Origin: Octopus vulgaris
Lineage: Eukaryota
DNA length: 64,000 nt
Assembly: GCA_951406725.2 (NCBI GenBank)
Contig: OX597817.1
Coordinates: forward strand, 119,226,001 to 119,290,000
Direction of reading: 5' to 3'
In this document: piece after piece, positions 53,901 through 64,000 of the stretch
Numbering within the stretch: position 1 is the first letter of the stretch
Layout of the letters: the number at the start of each line of letters is the position of its first letter
Translations under genes and position numbers: made by a program
Notes under the pieces: generated by a model
Database searches by the model: none
What the model saw: the letters and a program-made list of their open reading frames with translations, nothing else
Told to the model about the DNA's origin: nothing

Positions 53901-56724
53901 TTAAATTTCTCATAAGAGAATATTTAAAATCGATTATTTTGCTAAGGAATTTAAATAAGAACCCATAGAAAAGAAATATGTTTATCAGAATAACAAACCT
54001 CCATGATAATACAAAGAACAATGAGATTTTACAGCATTAATGTTCACAGAGAGGTGGTAAGTTTTAAGAAGGAACCTCAGAAAATCAGAAGAAAATATAT
54101 GAAAGAATTTATAGGCTAAGATCAATGCAGTTATTTTCTCTGTATTTATAGCAATTACATCAAATTTAAAAGTTGTAGTAATATTGAATTCTTTTGTAAA
54201 TATTGATTTCTTTTAAAGATGTACTAATATTTAATATTTCTTTTGGACAGTTAATTGGAAGAAATTGTACAGCACCAGTCAAAAAGAATTAAAGTATTAA
54301 GTTTTATCTTTCTGTATTGCGAGTTCAAATTCTGCTTAGGTCAACATTATCTTTCATCTCTCTCTTTCTCCATCTTTGGTAAAATAACCATGAGATTTTA
54401 TCTACATAGAATGGCCTATCATATGACGGATGAGAGGTAGGATATTAGCTACCAAGTCTTTAAATTTCTTTCATTCTGTGAACAGTTTTATCTTCCTTTA
54501 TGGTGCAAATAAACTTGGCAAAGGGATGATCATCACAACTCATTTTTTTTTCCCAATAAAAAAATTTCAGTTTTCAAGTCAGTATAAAAAAACAAGCAAT
54601 GTAAATGTTTTTCAATATATTTTAATATAACGCTTTGAAGTTTCTTTTACTGTAATTATTACATCAAGCAATTATTACATCTAAATTTTAAAATTAACTT
54701 GAGTCGGTATTTTGTATTGAAACATATTTATAAAGTCTAAAGAGAATAAACATAATGGAAGAAAACTATTATCTTGGAAGTCAATAAATTCTTCTAACAA
54801 AAGAAAGATATTTACCATTTTGTATATGAAATAAAATACTATTAATTTAATGCTACAGAGGTCTAGAATTCTCAAAATATTTTATACTAAAATGTAGCCA
54901 TTTATATTTCCATGTCATCTGACTGAAAGCTAATTGCAGTATATATTCTTTTGTCAAGAAAGATTAAATACAAATAAAAGGTTCTATCTCTGAATTTTTA
55001 TGTATTCTGCTATTATTGTAATTATTAAGGTATTCATTGGTTGGCTATAGAGTATTACATTGACTTGAAAGGCAACTTTCCAACTGATGGTAGGAAAAGA
55101 ACCGAAAAAGATCAGATAACTTAGATCAGTAGCAATATTGGTGTAGTCATTACTTTTGGTGAAACATTTCATAAATATTTCTTGCAAGATAAATTTATTA
55201 TTAATTTCTTTCACTAGTTTTACAATGATTTGCTCAAGGAAATGTAGATGGGATGGTTCAACAAATTTGAATATCTGCATATAAAATGATGTAGAACATG
55301 ATTTATATATAAAGCAGAATAAGAAAATGTTTAAGTATTGAGGAGAAAATAGCAAATTGTCTGTGGCAGAGTTTGGAAATATAACCTTTTTAATCAAAAT
55401 CTATAATTGTAACCCTGCAGTCATTTTTTTCTCATAAAAAAAATTAAGTCTCAAAATCCAGCTGAAGTATGAATTTAAAAACATCTACATCACAGTATGA
55501 ATTATATGTTTTCTTTTATATTAAACCAAGAAACTATGCTAATGTATTAAACAGCTCCTTGACATAGAAATAATTGGAGTTAAGAATACTGATTTCTTAG
55601 AAAATGAAAAGTTGTGATGTTCATATATTTCCCAAAGGTAATATAAGCATAGTGAATATAAATAAATCTCCACAAGTAAGTGAAACTGCTGACGGCTAGC
55701 AATTTCAGAAAGATCTCAGAAGCTTTCAGTTTCTATTGAATATTTCTTTTGAGTAAGTTTCCATGCAAACTGTTATAATAAAATGGTATAGTCTATTAAC
55801 CTAATGTAGTTTTTTTACTGGTATCTACACTTAACAACTCTAAAACAAAGTGAAAGGCTAAGTTGGATGAGAAGAAATTGAACTCAGCTGTCTGAAGTTT
55901 AATCCCGAATACTGTAATGTAATTCATCACACTACTGTCTCAGCAATTTCTGCTTCCAACAATTATTACTAACATAACATAAACTTTTGATATATAATCT
56001 TAAAGGTAATATGACACTGTCTAGTATATTTAAGATTGATAAAAGACATGGTAAAGAATTGGAAAATGCTCTCACATTACAATAAAAAGAAAATTAGGAC
56101 AGCAACAAATGACCAATATAAAGAAACTATGTTATTCTGATTCATCTATTAATAAATGGAAGTGTCTTCAAATAAAAGAGCAGCTTCACTGAAATCAGGA
56201 ATTATGGAAATCTTAAATTTTGTTAAGTGGAGTTTATAAGAAGGAAAAAAAGAACAAGTTGGAAATCAAGAAATTTATTAAGAGAAAAGAAAAAGATAGC
56301 CTAAGGTAGTTCAATAATTTGATATAGAACTTAAGCTTTCAGTAAGACTGCAAATTATGAGTTAAAATTTTTCGTCATTGACCAAACAAATTTTCCAAAT
56401 TATTTTCCTTCATATATTTTATAAGAAATGAAATAAATAATTTGTTATATATGTGTATGTACACATATATACCCACATTATGGATAAACACTTATATTTG
56501 TACATGTGTTTGTCCATAAAATGTACATGTTTACACACAACATCATAAAGTACAATATTTCACCACTAATAAAAAGAGTCATGGTTATATTTATCTTATT
56601 TTCTCTGCATCAAAGTTAAGATATACATATTTTTAAAATAAAGTGGGGGAAAAATCTAGAAATATGAAATGAGATTTTGACTAGACATGTTTAGGGAAAT
56701 ATACCAAAGTCTGCATGTAAGATA

Positions 56725-56870
56725 ATCCTTTTTTGTTATGGGCATAAGGCTTAAAATTTTGTAGAGGGGACTAGTTTGTTCGCATTGCCCCCAATGTTCA
56801 ACTGGTGCTTATTTTATCGACCCAGAAAACATGAAAGGCAGAGTTAACTTTGGCAGCATTGAAATTCAGA
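56725..56870 (-). mobile_element. Decayed SINE family A copy
   Basis: AACTGGTGCTTATTTTATCGACCC..ATGAAAGGCA. A more decayed copy lies at ~55790-55955. Confidence 0.7.
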
Positions 56871-57179
56871 GGTTTCTTTGCATAATACTAAAATTATGTG
56901 TAAGTGCATATAATTTATATAGAGAATGAATGTGGCTAGAAACTGGATTTAAAATAAAATATATTACTAGTGATATTATTTCAGAGTTTTGGCAATTCTG
57001 TTTATATCTATTATAAAATATTCATTTACTTCTATCATTTAGTGACACATACACACACACACATCAGGACATGTGAGAGATGAATATAGGAATAATTAAC
57101 CTTGTAACTTCCATAGCCAAGACCAAAGAAGTTTACTGTGACAGCCACATGATTCTCTGAATCCATATTTTCTACTACT

Positions 57180-57221
<42 letters not shown>

Positions 57222-57225
<4 letters not shown>

Positions 57226-57887
57226 CAAATTTGGGATTTTACCAATAGAATCACAACTCCTATTTCAGGATAACCTTACTGTATGGAATACACATAGAAA
57301 GTTATATCCAATAAAATAATATAAGTATTTAGAAAACCTACTACAAAATACAATAGAATTATTTTTTAAACTTATTTGAAAAAATATATATAACTTACCT
57401 GTTATTAGTCTGTGGGGAAAGAAGATATGTTTAATCAACGCTACACATGTTTCTGTGCTGGTGGGGTGTTTATATTTTTAGAAATTAAAATTTAAGAAAA
57501 TTTTAAAAATTAAAAAATTAAAAACCTAAAATTACATTACCAATATATATAGAAAATGATGAACCTAAGGAAACCTTCAATGACTATAATGTAAACACAT
57601 CAAATCCTACAACCTATCTGTATAAACATTAAGGGAATTAATAATTTAGTGTAAGATTTACCCCTTTCTATACAAATATAAATAAACATTTTTTAATGAC
57701 AAACATAAGTATTTAAAAAGATTATTTAGTAAAAACTACTATATATGTTATAAATTTATTGAATAAAACTAATAAAAAATCTAGTAAGGAAGAATACTTA
57801 TCGACATAATATTTACTCCTTCTCATTCTCGTTCAAATGGCTGCTCCCTTTGTCATGCACTAAGTCGGAGGGTTTCCTTAGGTTTAT

Positions 57888-57946
<59 letters not shown>

Positions 57947-58430
57947 TAATGTAATTTTAGGTGTTTAATTTTTTTTAATTTTTAAAATTTTCTTAATTTT
58001 TTAATTTCTAAAAATATATTTGTAATTTACATAATTTTATTATATCTTTATTCATATTCTTATTTTTCCATTTGATATGACTTGTAATATGTATTTTTAC
58101 CTTGATCCATCAATAATAATAACAATAAGATAAATAGCCTGAGGACGCACTGGCGGATTTATGTATTAGGTATAGCCTTGACAAACACCCCATCAGCACA
58201 GAAACACATGTAGCACTGATTAAAAATATTTTCTTTCCCCACAGACTAATAACAGGTAAGTTATACATATTTTTTTCAAATAAGTTTAAAAAATAATGCT
58301 ATTGTATTTTATAGTATTTATTGGATATTATATTATTTTATTGGATATAACTTTCTATGTATATTCCATAAAATAAGGTTACCCTGAAATAGGAGTCGTG
58401 GTTCTATTGGTAAAATCCCAACTTTGTGAT
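57222..58430. mobile_element. ~1.2-kb fold-back structure with long diverged inverted arms
   Basis: 57222-57471 pairs with 58183-58430, and 57472-57587 pairs with ~57862-58018. Segment 58020-58182 is present only in the right arm. The structure starts at a (TA)n tract. Confidence 0.85.
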
Positions 58431-58459
58431 AATATAAATGATACTGTTTACATTGCATT

Positions 58460-58902
58460 AGTAAAGGGTAAAATGGGACAACATCAAACAGAGAGGCATG
58501 GAATACTGACCAAAGGCGTCCGTCTCCTCCAAGACAATGCCCCAGTTCACAATGCACATGTTGCTCAGATGAAAGCACACTCCAGTAGCTATGAAATCCT
58601 TCCTCATCCCCCTTACTCTTCTGATCTTACATCATTTGACTTCTGCCTCTTTCCAACCATGAATTCTTTTTCAAAGAAGAAACACTTTTTGGATGATGAA
58701 CTTATTTCTGCGATAAAGTATTGGCTCCAGATGCAACATACCGACTTCTACAGATGAGGTCTTCATAGCTGCATGAAGTGATTGGAGAAGTGTGTGATCT
58801 TTGATGGTGGCTATGTAGAGAAGGACTAATAACTAAGCCAAGTTTTGTTTACCCTAGTCTTTGGGAAGTGGGTCAGGGGAAATCTTTAATGAACACCCCT
58901 TG
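58460..58902 (+). mobile_element. Mariner transposase C-terminal pseudogene fragment with right terminal repeat
   Basis: KGVRLLQDNAPVH and EILPHPPYSSDLTSFDFCLF match the DNAP.H and HPPYSPDLAP.D mariner motifs. It continues through stops as LEKCVIFDGGYVEKD* and ends ...TAATGAACACCCCTTG. Confidence 0.9.
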
Positions 58903-58925
58903 AATATGTGTGTATGTGTGTGTGT

Positions 58926-59105
58926 ATCATCATCAGCATCATTTAACGCCCAATTTGTAACTTCTGTCATGGGTTGGATGGTTTGACAGGAGTTGGCATA
59001 ACAGAGAGCTGCACCAAGCCCTAATTGTCTGTTATGATAAGGTTTTTATGGCTGGATGCCTTCCCTAATGCCAACCACTTTACAGAGTGCACTGGATGAT
59101 TTTAT
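58926..59105 (-). mobile_element. Family D retroposon 3' end
   Basis: (ATC)n..TTTAACG..GGGTTGGATGGTTTGAC..GGCTGGATGCCTTCCCTAATGCCAACCACT matches the reverse complement of 9781-9941. Confidence 0.75.
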
Positions 59106-60028
59106 TGTGACAGTATTGCATGTGCTTCATATGTGGTACCACACACACACATTTATCATTTATAACATTGTAAAGAAAAGTCATTTATTTTACAATAATG
59201 TCCAGCACGAATTAACTTTTAAGTATTGTCCTACTATACAAGATACATTCTGATAAATGATAATAAAGTACAATAGTTAGTGTACTATGAAGATTCAGAA
59301 ATTCAGCATTTCAGATACTTGACATTCTTTGAAGAGAAGAAAATTTGTGTATGACAGTAGTATAGTCACTTGAGTGAAAGAGAATTTGAAGAGCAAAGTG
59401 GAGGCAGAAAGCAATGGGAAGCAAAAAAAAAACCCAGAAAACCAAAAAAAACTGTTTGTAAGGGAAAAATGTGAAAGTTCCTAGCAACAATCACACCACT
59501 TGAAAAAAGGAATTTAAGGAGTGGTTAAGATAAGACATGGGGAAGAGATAAAGAAAAATGAGATGAAAACAATACAAGGCAAAATCTTATATGCATACAA
59601 ACTTACATAACACAGTTATAAACTAGCAACACAGAAACATGCAGATACACAAATAAAATGTCAGTTCACTTATAGATTAAGATACTACAATATAATAATG
59701 TAGGAATTTCCAGCTTGTGCAAAAGGAAACAGAAACTCTTTGATTTATATTTATATAAGTCAAAATATTTTAACCCAATAGACATCTGTCATAAGAACTG
59801 AAATCATCAAATTTGAGCATCTGGTTATAAGAATACTGTTGTAACTAAGTATTAATCTAAAATATAAAGTATAGAAAATGAACTGAATATGCTTTGATTC
59901 AGATTGGAGGAACCATTTGCATAGCATTGTAGAAATATGCAAGAGACAGAAAAAAACCTTATTCATTTGTAATTCAACATCTGTGGTTTGGTTATTCAAC
60001 AGAAATTGAAACCTAAGATGTTATAAAT

Positions 60029-60150
60029 CAGTCATGGGCAACCTTTTCTGAGAAGCAAGCTGTATGTGACACAGTATTTAGGCATGCTATTTAGAAAGTC
60101 TTGTGAACTACATGTGGCCTGCATACCACAGACTGCCCGTTCCATGACTG
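60029..60150. mobile_element. Small hAT-type MITE
   Basis: Termini CAGTCATGG/CCATGACTG with 8-bp flanks TTATAAAT (60021-60028) and CTATAAAT (60151-60158), the target-duplication length typical of hAT elements. Confidence 0.75.
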
Positions 60151-61844
60151 CTATAAATCAACTTTAAAATTTCTGGTTTTCCTCTTGCCTTTTTGGCAAG
60201 AATCATCCAGATAATGATTTTTCCCATCACAGAGAGTAAAAAAACAAACTCATCTTATATTTGTAGTTCCATTGTTTGCCTTTGTCTGTATTTAAACTGC
60301 ATGTATAGTTTCACTTTCATGCATAGAAAATATAATAAACATGTAAATAGAACTGTTACATTTTGTTAGTATACTCTATGATCTATTCTAATTTAAACAA
60401 TAAATTTAAAACTTCTGATTGAACAGAAAAATTGATGTTGAAAGGAAAATGATGCTGTTGAAGAGATTTAGTGATTTGTGTCTAGATATTATTGATGACA
60501 ATGGTAAGAGAAAAATATATTTAGGATAAAATTATATTGTTAGTTTTATTTTGTATATTAAAAATATTGTTATATGTTGGATTACTATGATATATCAGGA
60601 TTTTATACTGTGCAGTTTTATAATTCACTGATAAAACCATTAAATGAAGGATGATTTTAGTTTTGAAAATTTTGTTACAGCATAATATTTTATATGTTGG
60701 TGTAATAAAATGTCTATCAATCAATAGGTACTTCCTCCTATTGCAGGAAGAATTTCTAGTCTAAAGAGAGGAATTTTGAGAAGAGGACTATAATTTTTGT
60801 TAATGCTTTAATTTATAAACTAACTAAAAGTCTGTGTGTGTGTGTGTGGGGGGGGGTTACATATAAATAATGAAAGTTTTCTGTTATGGTCTAACAGCCA
60901 TAAATTATAATTTCTAACTATACTACATTATAGAATTAATTTTAATTCAGTCTTACATTGACAGTATTGAAACTTTTTAAATTTTTACACATGGATGAGG
61001 TATCTATCAGGATAAAAGCCAGAATGTGCATGTTTGTTTTTTGTATCGATTTTGACTTGACTAATGTAAAAAAAAAATACTATTTATTATAAAGAATGAC
61101 TTGAAATGACTCTGAACACTAAAAGTGGGCACTAGCATATTTTGATGTAGTACGCCAATATGCCTACTTGAAGTTTTTACACAGCAGATGTCCATGAGTA
61201 TTTTTCCCCAGTCAATCTTTTAGGCTTCTATGCTACTCAGTGTTCATTCACAAACGGACCCCCCCACCATCACAAATCTTTCTTGCCAATGAGGTCTAAG
61301 ATGATTGAAATATGTCAAATGTCGTTGTCAGCATACTGCTAAAGATCAAATTCCTTCATAATTACATTCTATATTTGATTAAATCCATTAATTCTAATTA
61401 CTTAAAATTGGTGGGTTGTCTCTCTTTTTGACCACAATTTGTCTGGGATAGCAACTGTTCTTATCACTAAAGGTGTAATTTTATAATTAATACAAGTACT
61501 CACTTTATTATTATCATTATTATTATTATTATGACAATTATTCTTAGCACCCATTAATGAAAGGAACATTTTTCTTTGTATTCCAAATGGACAGAAATTT
61601 GTCATTCTTTTCAAGACTGTTACTAGCTTTCACATCACTTCCATAATCAACAAAACGAAGGTTTTTTTCCCCATCCTTTTTGTAGTTGTAAATTTTGTGG
61701 CAATCTAGTCTTTCTCAAAAAACTAGTAGTATGAAGGAAACATTGTAACAATTATGGTAATTACAGAGCGCAACCATTTCAAATACTTGTTTTGTTTAAA
61801 CATGAAGTAAGAATACCATTTAGATTTAGATTTTGTTATATTCA

Positions 61845-62031
61845 TTAAGATGTTGGATTGCTATAACGCCCACTTCAGTATACAGTATACAAAACTTTGT
61901 GAGTTTGTTAATTCCCTATGGGTTGTTAATTCCTCATAGAGTTTATTAATTTCTCATGAGTTGCTTAAATCCTCATCACCACTGTTATATCCTTAAAATG
62001 TTGGATTGTTATAATGCCCACTTAGGTATAT
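61845..62031. repeat. 38-bp direct repeats enclosing a 4x ~19-bp degenerate tandem array
   Basis: ATGTTGGATTG.TATAA.GCCCACTT..GTATA at ~61845-61882 and ~61993-62030; inner units GTT(T)GTTAATTCC(T)CAT. Confidence 0.7.
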
Positions 62032-63917
62032 TTAGTAAAACCAGTTTTTGTAAGTATACTTTAGTAAAACCAGTAAAGGCACAACTATTTCTGACCACCT
62101 GCTACATACTCTGGTACTTCACGTACATATCTTTACTTATAGTAACTAGATTATTCCATTCATCACGTGGGAGGGGTGTACCATTATTACTAATTCCTTA
62201 CAACATATTTATACTTATTTGCACTTTCTTATTATGAACTAACAGATTCTAAATTACAATCATTATTTCTCATGATTATAATCTAAATGAACAAGCAAGA
62301 TGCAAACTCTCATTGGTTACAAAACAAATATATGCATTGTCTAAAACAAACTGAGCTATTGGAGGGCTAGTATTTTGATGAATACTCGTCTCAGTTCATA
62401 CAGCTTGCTACATGTAAACCTGAAAATGAAGCCTCCAAATTATAGTTAAGCATCTTCCCAATATGCCACATAGGCAGATTGACTAATCTAAAAGAACTAT
62501 ATACTTTTGCTTGTATTTCCCAGCTGTTGCTTTTTAATTATAAAAATGAAAGGTATTTTGGTATAGAGTCTGAACAGAATAAGAAATATACTGACTTGTA
62601 AAATAGTAACATCATGAAACTAATTTATACTTCAAAGAAGTAGTTGACAAGGTTCATTCCACAAGTCAGTTCCAAATATAAGAAGTTAGATATTATTAAG
62701 ACCATACTTTTACCATCATAAAAATAAATTTAGTTGAATGTTACATCCAGTGTTGGATGTACTTGTTACCTAAAACCTGAGTACACCTCTGAAAGCAGGG
62801 AGAGCTGCAATCAAGATTAAGCTATTTTATCAGTTTCTATCACAGTACAAGGCTCAAGGTTCTGATTAAAATTGAAATATCTAAATGGATACCTATTAAA
62901 TTTGTGATAATATGGAATTAGAATATTTACTATCTTATGTTGGTCTCTTACTTTTAATTAAACATTCAAAACATTCAATATTAATATTTCATTTTATTTT
63001 GTTGAAGTAACACATGATTTCTGAATAATTTCTTATTTTTAACCTGTTGATTGTTTTGTTTTGCAAATAAAGCAAAAGACAGAATTTTCTAAAGTGGTGG
63101 GAGAAAGTATGGTACCAAATAAAGCCCATACAGGAGGAACCAAAAGTGCAAAATTGAGAAACACTGTTGTTACATGTTACGATTATCTCCATAAATTTAA
63201 TCCATTAATACACAGTGTCCCCAAGACAGGATAGTTGGTATAAAGAATTTATTGGTTGTAATTATCTCCTAGTGATACAGTATTTAGTGCAATATATTAA
63301 GACAACTTTTGTGCATTTATAATGAAAAATATTCAAGCAATATTCATCTCTGCTTTTCATGTATTTTTTTCCATTCTGTCTGTGACCTTTATACTGTGCA
63401 GTTCCTACTCACCACAGTGATCAACACAGGCCTCTCAGAAAAGTCTTTAGCATAACGATAAGCATTGTATTTTCATAGCTACGTAATCATCACCTTATTC
63501 CAGGTTAGCACTAATCACAGTTAATGATATCATGTCATTATAATTTCCTATATAATGAAATCTCTGTCTTCATCCACTGTTATTATCATTAATAATGATA
63601 CGAACACTGCTGCCTTTTATTATCACCTTTCACAACCACTATACCAAAGTAATCATTAAACTGTGTAAATTTCAATAAAATTCTTCATGTTTATTTCTAA
63701 TGATTTTATTAAGGAGGATTCTCTGATTACAGTTCTGTGGATATAGCAGCCAGTGTCAAGAATTCCAGTATTATTTAATACTGACAGTTGTGGTTAAAGG
63801 TTGCATATAACAACAATAAACATACTCATAGATTTCTATCAGCTAACATACACCAGATGAGCTTTCTTGTTCATACAGGTATTCCATTTCAATTTTTTTC
63901 TCTTTGTTTCCACACAG

Positions 63918-64000
63918 CTCTTCTTGTTAAATTGTGGGATGCTGCTGCTGTTGCCTATGATGATGCTATAACAGCAACTGGAACAATTTGAAATGCGCAC
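63918..64000 (+). other. Candidate exon start (strong 3' splice site) running off the window
   Basis: TTTTTTCTCTTTGTTTCCACACAG| at 63917. All three frames hit stops before an ATG at 63993, compatible with a 5'-UTR/first coding exon. Motif evidence only. Confidence 0.35.

Noticed and set aside
58398-58757. Functional transposase or SETMAR-like gene
   Set aside because: Only the C-terminal part is present, with in-frame stops downstream, and the ORF start lies in the adjacent fold-back arm.

Overview
Very AT-rich, microsatellite-dense eukaryotic non-coding DNA, intergenic or a very long intron. The interspersed repeats look like octopus (coleoid cephalopod) tRNA-derived SINE families; this is recognised from memory, not from a database search. 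No complete protein-coding gene can be supported, and almost all ORFs in the track are microsatellite or low-complexity artefacts. The recognisable content is: about 20 SINE copies from several families; decayed LINE remnants (RLE-type, RTE, APE-type); two Tc1/mariner transposase fragments; a small hAT-type MITE; and five large inverted-repeat (fold-back) structures. The most notable signal is a structurally complete type I hammerhead ribozyme at 187-261. Several decayed hammerhead cores also occur, two inside inverted-repeat elements whose opposite arm lacks the ribozyme segment, which points to Penelope-like retroelement termini. There is also a perfect 78-bp palindrome, a pre-miRNA-like hairpin and a few weak + strand exon or micro-exon candidates.
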